35,744 bases of DNA from a virus. Location of the stretch: the IMG/VR virus record IMGVR_UViG_3300037311_000082, one strand, 5' to 3'. Both the position numbers and the translations under genes were made by a program. Position 1 is the stretch's first letter. The number at the start of each line of letters is the position of its first letter. Below, piece by piece: positions 7,106 through 13,575 of the stretch. The notes beneath the pieces were generated by a model. That model saw nothing but the letters and a program-made list of their open reading frames with translations. It ran no database searches and was not told the DNA's origin.

Positions 7106-7200
7106 GCCACGACAGCGACATCGCCGAGACGTGCGAGCTGATCCTCTGCACGCCGGAGGCCGAGGCCAGCATTCGGGGGATTGCCGATGACGACGCCTGA
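7102..7200 (+). CDS. Possible micro-ORF (32 aa)
   Basis: GTG 7102 (GTGA overlap) gives VSHDSDIAETCELILCTPEAEASIRGIADDDA*. The only support is its fit to the coupling pattern of the operon. Confidence 0.3.
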   Translation: MSHDSDIAETCELILCTPEAEASIRGIADDDA

Positions 7201-7312
7201 TATCGGCGACGGCTACGGCTACGGCTACGGCTCCGGCTACGGCTACGGCTACGGCTCCGGCTACGGCGACGGCTACGGCGCCGGCTACGGCGACGGCTAC
7301 GGCGACGGCTGA
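7187..7312 (+). CDS. Gly-Tyr repeat micro-ORF (41 aa): MTTPDIGDGYGYGYGSGYGYGYGSGYGDGYGAGYGDGYGDG
   Basis: My own translation from ATG 7187 to TGA 7310-7312. Gly occupies every second residue across 35 residues and there are 10 Tyr. It is followed by a 13-bp GC hairpin. It is below the ORF-track size cutoff. Confidence 0.45.
   Translation: MTTPDIGDGYGYGYGSGYGYGYGSGYGDGYGAGYGDGYGDG
7205..7309. repeat. Imperfect hexanucleotide tandem repeat (GGCTAC/GGCGAC/GGCTCC/GGCGCC), about 17.5 units
   Basis: Read directly: ggcgacggctacggctacggctacggctccggctac...ggcgacggc. Confidence 0.9.
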
Positions 7313-7320
7313 CCCACCCC

Positions 7321-7359
7321 GCAGCGCCTCGGCTCGCTCACCCCGGGCCGAGGCGCTGC
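7321..7359 (+). terminator. Strong GC hairpin (13-bp perfect stem, 13-nt loop), with no U-tract
   Basis: GCAGCGCCTCGGC (7321-7333) pairs with GCCGAGGCGCTGC (7347-7359). It lies between the Gly-Tyr micro-ORF and the lower-GC island. Confidence 0.4.
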
Positions 7360-7377
7360 CACCACAGGAGACGTGAG

Positions 7378-7575
7378 ATGCCACTGATAGGACTGCTTGC
7401 GCTGTTGATTGCCCTCGCTGCCGCAGCCGGTGTCGCCATCGGCTCGCTTCAATGCGGTCTTCGCTGGAATGAGTCTGGCATGGCGAACAAATACTCGGTG
7501 CTTGCAAACACCTGCTTTGTCGAAGCGCGCCCCGGCGTGTGGATTCCCGAAGAACGTTACAGGGAGACGCCATGA
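7378..7575 (+). CDS. Small membrane-anchored or secreted protein (65 aa)
   Basis: Listed ORF preceded by a good SD (ACAGGAGACGTGAG ATG). N-terminal hydrophobic segment MPLIGLLALLIALAAAAGVAIG and two Cys. Located in the lower-GC region. Confidence 0.7.
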   Translation: MPLIGLLALLIALAAAAGVAIGSLQCGLRWNESGMANKYSVLANTCFVEARPGVWIPEERYRETP

Positions 7576-8162
7576 ACGCAACCGAATGGGCCGAGAGGCT
7601 GGAGGCCCGACCTGTGCAGCGAACGAGGGCATGGTGCGCGAAGGCCGTGCCGCCCATTTTGAATGACGCAGTCATCGCCAGGTTCTGGCGCGACGTGCGT
7701 ATTTCCACCGATGACCAGTGCTGGGAATGGGCAGGAAGTCGGACCGCAAACGGGTACGGCAGGTTCTGGATTCTGCGCAGGGGGCATGCTGCCCACCGCA
7801 TCGCCTACGCCATAGCCAATGGCCCTGCGCCATCCAATCTGATGGTGTGCCACCACTGCGACAATCCTGCGTGCGTCAACCCCAGTCACTTGTTCTTGGG
7901 GACGGCGGCGGACAACGTGCATGACATGTTGAGGAAGGGGCGGAGGCCGCGACTGTTTGGATCAGCCAGTTCAAACGCGAAAGTTCATGAACGCGACGTT
8001 GAATCTATTCATGACCTGCGGTTGGCGGGGTGGACCCAATCAGCCATCGCCAGCCGTTTTGGCCTGAGCCAGCCGACTGTGTCGGAGATTCTGTCGGGTA
8101 AAAAGTGGCCCCATGTCGCCGCGGCAATCGAAGCCCGCCGCCGGGCCGAGGGAGGGGAGTGA
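7572..8162 (+). CDS. HNH homing-type endonuclease with C-terminal HTH domain (196 aa)
   Basis: Listed ORF 7539..8162, trimmed to ATG 7572 (SD GGGAG, ATGA overlap). Motifs CWEWAGSRTANGYGRF, AHRIAYAIANG and VCHHCDNPACVNPSHLFLGTAADNVHDM. C-terminal HTH: LAGWTQSAIASRFGLSQPTVSEILSGKKW. Confidence 0.9.
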   Translation: MNATEWAERLEARPVQRTRAWCAKAVPPILNDAVIARFWRDVRISTDDQCWEWAGSRTANGYGRFWILRRGHAAHRIAYAIANGPAPSNLMVCHHCDNPACVNPSHLFLGTAADNVHDMLRKGRRPRLFGSASSNAKVHERDVESIHDLRLAGWTQSAIASRFGLSQPTVSEILSGKKWPHVAAAIEARRRAEGGE

Positions 8163-8632
8163 TGGACCTGCCGCCGATCCCCACCGACGTGATGGAGCGA
8201 CTAGCTCTAGCCAGAGACATTGCGCTGCGATACCCAGTCGCGTACAGCGACGTAGATAACGGCGAACTTTACTGGGGCCTCTGTGCCGCGATAGTGGCGG
8301 TCGATAAGGCATTGGCCGAGCGCGACGCCCTGCGCGCCGAGGTCGGGCGGCTGAGTCGATTGGTGTACGAGATTGAGACGCGATGCGACCCCGCGGGCGA
8401 AACGCAAGAGCGTGTGCTGGCCGTAGAAACGGCTACCGCCGCACTCGCCGAAGCGCAGGAGTTGCGCGCCGAGAACGCCAAGCTGCGGGCGGCCCTTGAG
8501 GCGGCGCCGCTTCCGCTGGGCCTGCTTGAGCTGGATGGCAACGGCGACGTTGTTGCCGTCGTTGACCCGGAAGACCCCGACTACCACAACTGGTACATGA
8601 CCACCCGCGCGGAGGCCCTGCGCCGTGAGTGA
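8162..8632 (+). CDS. Hypothetical coiled-coil protein (156 aa)
   Basis: Listed ORF 8105..8632, trimmed to ATG 8162 (TGATG overlap with the HNH stop). The central region is heptad-like and Ala/Glu/Leu/Arg-rich. Confidence 0.65.
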   Translation: MDLPPIPTDVMERLALARDIALRYPVAYSDVDNGELYWGLCAAIVAVDKALAERDALRAEVGRLSRLVYEIETRCDPAGETQERVLAVETATAALAEAQELRAENAKLRAALEAAPLPLGLLELDGNGDVVAVVDPEDPDYHNWYMTTRAEALRRE

Positions 8633-8981
8633 CCTGACCGCCGAGGACTACGCCCGGGTCGCGGTGGCGATTGGGATGGAGAAGTACCAGAGCCTGCTGG
8701 ACGACCTGTGGTACTGGAAGGACCCAGCAGGGCCGCCGGCAACCTATCTCGGCGAGAACGGCGTGACTGCCGACCTCCCCGCCTACCTCGCCGAGCCGGC
8801 GCAGATGGTGAGGATCATGGAGGAACTCAAGGTCAGCGTGCGCTTCGACGTGGAACTGTGCCACTGGATCGCTGAGGCCCTGAATGCGACCGGCGAGGGC
8901 TGCCACTGGGTCCACGGCGTAGCGCAGGACAAGCCCGGGCTCGCGGTGCTGGACTGCGCGGCGCGGGCGCTGCGGCCGTGA
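8625..8981 (+). CDS. Hypothetical protein (118 aa)
   Basis: Listed ORF with balanced composition. Overlaps both neighbours by a few nt. Confidence 0.65.
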   Translation: MSDLTAEDYARVAVAIGMEKYQSLLDDLWYWKDPAGPPATYLGENGVTADLPAYLAEPAQMVRIMEELKVSVRFDVELCHWIAEALNATGEGCHWVHGVAQDKPGLAVLDCAARALRP

Positions 8982-9163
8982 ACTTGTCAGCAATGCTTAC
9001 ACGTTGGCTGCGGCGGTGGCTCCACAGCCTCGCGCACCGGCTGGGCTGGAACCACGGGCGCGTCTGGTCGATCACCGACAGCGACGGCAACGTGTGGATT
9101 GGCTTCGAGTGTGGCGGCTGCGGCAGCATCGACGACGTGCATAAGCGGGCGCTGCGGCCATGA
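8978..9163 (+). CDS. Hypothetical protein (61 aa)
   Basis: Listed ORF with a GTGA overlap at its start. Contains FECGGCGS. Confidence 0.5.
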   Translation: MNLSAMLTRWLRRWLHSLAHRLGWNHGRVWSITDSDGNVWIGFECGGCGSIDDVHKRALRP

Positions 9164-9336
9164 TCGAAATCCGCTGGACCAGAGACCCCGCCGAGCGTGC
9201 CGCAACCACCCGGACGGAAATCGTCGTGCGGCTCGTCAGCGAAGCCACCCTTGACGACGTGTTAGAGGCCGTCGGGGATTTTCTGATCGCCGCCGGCTAT
9301 TCGGCCGAGGGCGTCCGCGAGAGGCTGGGCGAGTGA
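9160..9336 (+). CDS. Hypothetical protein (58 aa; below the ORF-track cutoff)
   Basis: My own translation from ATG 9160 (ATGA overlap): MIEIRWTRDPAERAATTRTEIVVRLVSEATLDDVLEAVGDFLIAAGYSAEGVRERLGE*. Confidence 0.5.
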   Translation: MIEIRWTRDPAERAATTRTEIVVRLVSEATLDDVLEAVGDFLIAAGYSAEGVRERLGE

Positions 9337-9355
9337 TCGTCACCCAGGAACAGCC

Positions 9356-9739
9356 GTGACCGACACGCTCACCATCGCCGAAGCCGCCGAGCTGCTCCAC
9401 CTGCACCCGGACACCGTGCAGGCCCGCGCCGCCGCTGGCATCATCCCCGGCTACCGGCCGGGACGCCGGTGGGTGTTCCTCAGGGACGAGCTGCTGGCCT
9501 ACCTGAGGTCGACCGCCCCATGCTCTACAAGCGCCCCGATTCGCCCTTCTGGTGGGTCCGGTTCACCGTCGGTGGACGCCGAGTTAGATGCTCTGCTGAG
9601 ACGGCCAGCCGGCGCGAGGCGGAGGCGTTTGCGCATCGTCTCCGGGAGCGGGAATGGCGGCGCAGCAAGACCGGCGAGCGCACGTGGGCCGAAGCCTGCG
9701 TCCGCTGGCTCCGCGAGCACCAGCACAAGCGAAGCCTAG
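9356..9739 (+). CDS. xis: Excisionase-family / MerR-like HTH DNA-binding protein (the functional domain is roughly the first 55 aa)
   Basis: LTIAEAAELLHLHPDTVQARAAAGIIPGYRPGRRWVFLRDELLAYL matches the excisionase-type HTH pattern. It sits directly upstream of int. The frame stays open for 220 nt into int and encodes a low-complexity tail. Confidence 0.6.
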   Translation: MTDTLTIAEAAELLHLHPDTVQARAAAGIIPGYRPGRRWVFLRDELLAYLRSTAPCSTSAPIRPSGGSGSPSVDAELDALLRRPAGARRRRLRIVSGSGNGGAARPASARGPKPASAGSASTSTSEA

Positions 9740-10536
9740 ACCGGGACCAGGCCGTCATCGCGTGGAGCCGGGACCACCTCGGCGACGCCTTCCTCGCCGA
9801 CCTGGACCGCGACCGCCTGACCGCCCTGCGGGCCCTGCGGACCGGGGGCCCGGCCACCGTGAACCGGGACATGGCCGTCGTCCGCGCCATCCTGAATGCC
9901 GCCGTGGACTGGGGCTGGCTGCCAGCCGCACCCAAGGTGCCCATGGCGACCACCACCAGAGAGGACCCGCGCTGGCTGACCCGGGAGGAGTTCTCGGCCC
10001 TGCTCGGGCACCTGCCCGGCCACACCCGGCAGCTCGCGCGCTTCGCCGTCGCCACCGGGCTGCGCCGGGCCAACATCACGGGCCTGCGGTGGTCCCACGT
10101 GGACCTCGGGAGGCGGCATCTCGCAATCCCCGGGCGACTTTCGAAGTCCGGCCGCCCCATCCCCGTGCCCCTGAACGCCGACGCGCTCAGGGTGCTTCTG
10201 GTGCAGCGGCGCGTGACCCGGGAGCGGGTCCGCCGGGGCATCCCGTGGGTGTTCCCGTACCGCGACGAGCCGCAGTCCCAGGTCGCGACGGCGGCGTGGC
10301 GGCGCGCGGTCAAGGCCATCGGCCGCGAGGGCTTCCGCTTTCACGACCTCCGCCACACGTGGGCGAGCTGGCACGTGCAGGCCGGGACGCCGCTGCACGC
10401 CCTCCAGGCTCTGGGCGGCTGGTCGACGCTGGCGATGGTGCAGCGCTACGGGCACCTGGACAGCGCCTCGCTGCGGAGCTACGCCGACGCGGTGGGGCAC
10501 GTATCTGGCACGCGGGCCCGGAGGCGGTCGGCGTAA
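9520..10536 (+). CDS. int: Tyrosine integrase (338 aa)
   Basis: Listed ORF 9469..10536, trimmed to MLYKRPDSPFWWVRFTVGGRRVRCS (typical N-terminus). Catalytic signatures: ATGLRRANITGLRW, HDLRHTWASWHVQAG and GGWSTLAMVQRYGHL. Confidence 0.93.
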   Translation: MLYKRPDSPFWWVRFTVGGRRVRCSAETASRREAEAFAHRLREREWRRSKTGERTWAEACVRWLREHQHKRSLDRDQAVIAWSRDHLGDAFLADLDRDRLTALRALRTGGPATVNRDMAVVRAILNAAVDWGWLPAAPKVPMATTTREDPRWLTREEFSALLGHLPGHTRQLARFAVATGLRRANITGLRWSHVDLGRRHLAIPGRLSKSGRPIPVPLNADALRVLLVQRRVTRERVRRGIPWVFPYRDEPQSQVATAAWRRAVKAIGREGFRFHDLRHTWASWHVQAGTPLHALQALGGWSTLAMVQRYGHLDSASLRSYADAVGHVSGTRARRRSA

Positions 10537-10549
10537 GCTGCTGATTTCG

Positions 10550-10594
10550 TGGTGCCGGGGAGAGGATTCGAACCTCCGACCCACGCATTACGAA
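10550..10594 (-). tRNA. Partial tRNA: 3' half (positions 32-76) of a tRNA-Thr(CGU)-like gene = predicted attP core
   Basis: The minus strand reads TTCGTAA|TGCGT|GGGTC|GGAGG|TTCGAAT|CCTCT|CCCCGGC|A|CCA. These are the anticodon loop with CGT, the 3' anticodon stem, a 5-nt variable loop, the T arm, the 3' acceptor strand, the discriminator and CCA, all with canonical lengths. The 5 nt further 5' (CTGCC) cannot pair with TGCGT, so the tRNA match stops at the anticodon loop. Confidence 0.8.
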
Positions 10595-10648
10595 GGCAGC
10601 GCGCGAAGGTACCAGCCTTCGGAATCAGGTGGTTACACGTGGAACGTC

Positions 10649-10718
10649 CGTGCCAGACCGGCCTAGACCGGCCGATTTCGGCGGGCGCCGGTGGGGCGCT
10701 GGCACGTGATTGGCACGT
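10649..10718. repeat. Short repeat cluster next to the att core (candidate Int/Xis/IHF arm sites)
   Basis: CGTGCCA at 10649-10655. AGACCGGCC twice, at 10655-10663 and 10665-10673. TGGCACGT twice, at 10700-10707 and 10711-10718, inverted relative to the first GTGCCA. Confidence 0.4.
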
Positions 10719-11179
10719 CAGCCCGGGTATTGCGCCCTCGGCAACTCGAAGTGCGCGCCATCCAGGAAGGGCCGCTGGTTCGCCGCCCGCTTCCGGGTCA
10801 CGTACTCCTCGACGAGCCGGGCGGGGTCGCGGCCCGGCGTGAGCACGGCCCAGGCCCCACCCCAGCGGACGGGGACCCGGAGGTCCTTGCTGGCGTCCCG
10901 GAACGCCACGGCGATCTGCAGGTAGAGCCCCCAGTCCCAGCGCAGCTCGCGGCCGACGTAGGCGCCCACGTCGATGGCGTGGCCGGTCAGGTGGCGGGAG
11001 TCCAGCGTCTTTGAGGCGCCGGCGGCGAGGAGCTGCTGCTGGCGCGCCAGCGTCCGGACGCCCTCCGTGACCGCGAAGTCGACCGGGGAGCGCTCGAGGG
11101 CCGCCGCGGCGAGCCGCACGAGGTCGGGGTGCACGCCCTGCAGCCGGGCGAGGGAGCGCGCCGAGAAGTGCCACGGCAT
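10718..11179 (-). CDS. Endolysin, peptidase M15 (VanY / L-Ala-D-Glu peptidase-like), 153 aa
   Basis: Zn-ligand pattern SRHLTGHAIDV ... DGAHFE. ATG 11179 is preceded by GGGGAGAA. It is the last gene of the late operon, next to the spanins and holin. Confidence 0.88.
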   Translation of the reverse strand: MPWHFSARSLARLQGVHPDLVRLAAAALERSPVDFAVTEGVRTLARQQQLLAAGASKTLDSRHLTGHAIDVGAYVGRELRWDWGLYLQIAVAFRDASKDLRVPVRWGGAWAVLTPGRDPARLVEEYVTRKRAANQRPFLDGAHFELPRAQYPG

Positions 11180-11225
11180 CAATCAATTCTCCCCGGACTG
11201 ATAGGTAAGGCGGACCGCTGATAGA

Positions 11226-11768
11226 TCACCGGCACGCCTCCTGCGCGGCCCGGAGGCGGGCGCTCACGGCCTGCCCTGCTTCGACGAGGGCCCAGACGCC
11301 GGAGACGTCCAGCTCGACGTCAGGCGCTCGATGGCCGCCCTCCCCATCGCCTCCCACTCCTCCGCCGTCGGCGGCGGCACCCGCGCCTGGTCCGGCAGCC
11401 GCACCGGCGCCACCACCACCGGCGACGGGTCCGGGGCACGCGGCGGGGACTGGCACCCGCACAATGCGAGGGCGGTCAGCAGCAGCGGCGCGGATGCGGT
11501 CGAGCTCGGCCTGTAGGTCACGGTTCACCACCTTGGCAGCCGCCTCGGCCGCCTGAATCTGGGTCAGGGTCGCCTCGGCCTGCCGGGCCCGGGCGGCTTC
11601 GTTGGCCGCCACCAGCGCCGCCGCTACCTGCTGGCCGTGGGCCTCGGCCGCCTGGACGTGGGCCCCGCGCCAGTTCCACGCGAGGGCGAAACCCGCACCG
11701 GAGGCAATCGCGGCACAGGCCGCGAGCGCAGCAAGCAGGGGCGGCGATGGGAGGAGCGGCCACTTCAC
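11226..11768 (-). CDS. i-spanin (Rz-like), 180 aa
   Basis: C-terminal part of listed ORF 11226..12260, from GTG 11768 (GTGA overlap). N-terminal TM segment (VKWPLLPSPPLLAALAACAAIASGAGFALAW), then an Ala/Glu/Gln-rich coiled coil. It contains the lipoprotein ORF in another frame. Confidence 0.65.
   Translation of the reverse strand: MKWPLLPSPPLLAALAACAAIASGAGFALAWNWRGAHVQAAEAHGQQVAAALVAANEAARARQAEATLTQIQAAEAAAKVVNRDLQAELDRIRAAAADRPRIVRVPVPAACPGPVAGGGGAGAAAGPGAGAAADGGGVGGDGEGGHRAPDVELDVSGVWALVEAGQAVSARLRAAQEACR
11264..11521 (-). CDS. o-spanin (Rz1-like lipoprotein) fully embedded in the i-spanin gene
   Basis: Listed ORF: MTYRPSSTASAPLLLTALALCGCQSPPRAPDPSP.. This is a signal peptide plus a lipobox-like LCG|C, followed by a Pro-rich mature part. 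The embedded arrangement matches lambda Rz/Rz1. Confidence 0.6.
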   Translation of the reverse strand: MTYRPSSTASAPLLLTALALCGCQSPPRAPDPSPVVVAPVRLPDQARVPPPTAEEWEAMGRAAIERLTSSWTSPASGPSSKQGRP

Positions 11769-12010
11769 GGCGGCGGGTGGCCGGGGACCTGGGTCACGTA
11801 CTTGCCGACGACGTGGCCGGCCTGCCGCTTCGTCCACCGGTCGCAGTACTGCGCCAGCGCGGTCATGATCGTCGTCAGCGCGGCGGCCTCGCCGGGGCCG
11901 AGCCGGGGCAGGCCCTCCCCCGCCCAGCCGTTCCACGCCCACAGGATCATCTGCGCCACGGCGCCGGCCAGCAGGCCGACGGTGACGATGTTCGGGCGGT
12001 TCTCGTTCAT
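11765..12010 (-). CDS. Putative holin (81 aa, two hydrophobic segments)
   Basis: Listed ORF with NIVTVGLLAGAVAQMILWAW and AAALTTIMTALAQY. It sits in the lysis cassette with ATGA/GTGA coupling. Confidence 0.55.
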   Translation of the reverse strand: MNENRPNIVTVGLLAGAVAQMILWAWNGWAGEGLPRLGPGEAAALTTIMTALAQYCDRWTKRQAGHVVGKYVTQVPGHPPP

Positions 12011-12294
12011 GGCGTCCTCCGCTCGGCCATGCGGTCGAGCTTCTCGTGCAGCGTGTTGACCTGCCGCTCGACGGACTCGCGCATCCGCTCAAGCTGCCCC
12101 CGGCTCTCGGCGGCGTGCTCGTCGAGCAGCTTCCGCAGCTCCTTGTGGTCCTCGCGGTCGTGCTTGTCGGCCCGCTCCTCCAGCTTCGTGACTCGCGCCG
12201 ACTGGCCAGCCCACAGGAAGCCGGCCAGCGTCGTAACGCCGAGGGCCAGCGTCGAGGCAACGGTTTCCCAGGTGACGTGAATCGGGTCGTTCAT
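12007..12294 (-). CDS. Membrane protein with coiled-coil tail (95 aa); holin/antiholin candidate
   Basis: Listed ORF 12007..12306 (TTG start), trimmed to ATG 12294. TM segment TVASTLALGVTTLAGFLWAG, then a charged helical tail. Confidence 0.55.
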   Translation of the reverse strand: MNDPIHVTWETVASTLALGVTTLAGFLWAGQSARVTKLEERADKHDREDHKELRKLLDEHAAESRGQLERMRESVERQVNTLHEKLDRMAERRTP

Positions 12295-12309
12295 GGGGTC
12301 TTCCAAGGC

Positions 12310-13575
12310 TCAGGGGATGCGGAACGCCACGGCCGGCGTGTCGTGACGGGGGGCGGCCACCAGCAGCTCGCCGTCGCTGAACTCAGCGATGCGCGCCTTC
12401 GAGTAGATGCCCGACGTGGTGACGTGCTGCCCCGGGGTCACGGTGTTGCCGGCGTCGAGCAGCGGCGCCCACGTCCAGGTCCCGGTGAGCTTGTTGGCGG
12501 GCGCCACGAGCTCGTGGACCTCGGCCCGGTTCGCCTGCCGGTTGTCGTAGTAGACGATGGAGCTGCGCCGCCGCGACCACATGAGGGCGCCGGTCTTGTG
12601 GAGCACGCCAGGCGGGGTGCCACCCATGGTCAGCGTGATGCGGGGCTGCGGGACGCCGCCGACGATGCGCGAGGCATAGAGGCGCTTCGTCGTCGGGTTG
12701 AAGTCCGACCACACCAGCAGGTCATCGTCGGCAACGGCGCCCGGGATGAGCACCATGTCGGACTCGTTGGTGTTGTCGTTGAAGGCGTAGTTGGTGACCG
12801 TGCCGTAGGTGCCGTCGGCGTTCAGCACGTCGAGGCTCGCGGTCTTCACCATCTGCCGGTCCGCGTAGGACGTGTGGCAGAGCAGGGTCCAGAAGCACTG
12901 CCGGCGGTCATCCCACACGGTCCGGCCGCCGTTGTTGTACCGGCCCACGAAGGTGTCGTTGTACTTGGTCGGCCGCCAGAGGCCGGTGAGGACGTCCATG
13001 GCCGAGCCGCGCGCGAGCTTGGCGTCCTGGGTCGAGGCGGTGAAGCTCGACACGCCGCGCGGCAGGAAGATGAGCTTGCGGCCGGGGTCGAAGCCCGGGT
13101 AACAGTAGGTGTGCGTCGGGACGGGGTAGCCGTCTGCGAAGAAGCCCGTCGGGTAGGTGCCGGCGCCGCCGCCGTTGAAGGGCCCCGCCGAGGGGTTGCT
13201 GATGCGCTGCCAGGCGCGCGTGCCGAGGTTGACGACGTACACGGCCGAGTCGCGGCCGACGCTCTCGTGGCCGCCACCGAAGCACGCGAGGCCGCCGTGG
13301 GTGCCCCACGCGCCCGGCGAGAGCATGACGCCGCCGTTGTAGCTCTCGATGATCGTGCGGACGTTGCTGCCCGCGAGGCCGGACTGCACGTCCGTGAGCA
13401 GGTTCGTGCTGGCATTGGCCCAGCGGCCGGCGATGATCGCAGAGGCCCACGCGGGCAGTGCGGGCAGGCCCGGGGGCGGCGTGGTGCCGCCACCGCCCGG
13501 AGCGGGGCCCGGGGCTGCCGCTGGCGGGAGCTTCCGCAGCGGGAACGGCGGGCTTATGAGGCCGGGCTTGCTCAC
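12310..13575 (-). CDS. Tail-fibre-module protein, beta-propeller-like (421 aa)
   Basis: Listed ORF with a Pro/Gly-rich N-terminus followed by a repetitive Gly/Trp/Asp-rich beta-type sequence. It is the last gene of the tail module and is coupled (ATGA-type overlap) to the upstream fibre gene. The fold assignment is a guess. Confidence 0.6.
   Translation of the reverse strand: MSKPGLISPPFPLRKLPPAAAPGPAPGGGGTTPPPGLPALPAWASAIIAGRWANASTNLLTDVQSGLAGSNVRTIIESYNGGVMLSPGAWGTHGGLACFGGGHESVGRDSAVYVVNLGTRAWQRISNPSAGPFNGGGAGTYPTGFFADGYPVPTHTYCYPGFDPGRKLIFLPRGVSSFTASTQDAKLARGSAMDVLTGLWRPTKYNDTFVGRYNNGGRTVWDDRRQCFWTLLCHTSYADRQMVKTASLDVLNADGTYGTVTNYAFNDNTNESDMVLIPGAVADDDLLVWSDFNPTTKRLYASRIVGGVPQPRITLTMGGTPPGVLHKTGALMWSRRRSSIVYYDNRQANRAEVHELVAPANKLTGTWTWAPLLDAGNTVTPGQHVTTSGIYSKARIAEFSDGELLVAAPRHDTPAVAFRIP

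Noticed and set aside
7205-7309. Tandem repeat considered as a CRISPR array or minisatellite
   Set aside because: The units are 6 bp with no spacers, so this is not CRISPR. It is treated instead as a coding (Gly-X)n repeat.
6737-7801. 354-aa minus-strand ORF containing AVAVAVAVAGAVAVAV
   Set aside because: It is antisense to recT and the small plus-strand genes. Its repeat is just the reverse reading of the GGCTAC hexamer repeat, and its composition is SRA-rich.
10604-10621. Hairpin CGAAGG-TACCAG-CCTTCG as a bidirectional terminator between the convergent int and endolysin genes
   Set aside because: The stem is only 6 bp and there is no U-tract on either strand. It may equally be part of the attP architecture. 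It is mentioned under the attP finding only.
11198-11224. Direct repeat GGAC..CTGATAG twice, between the spanin stop and the endolysin start
   Set aside because: The shared sequence is only 7 bp in a 43-nt gap that also has to hold the endolysin SD. That is too short to separate from chance.
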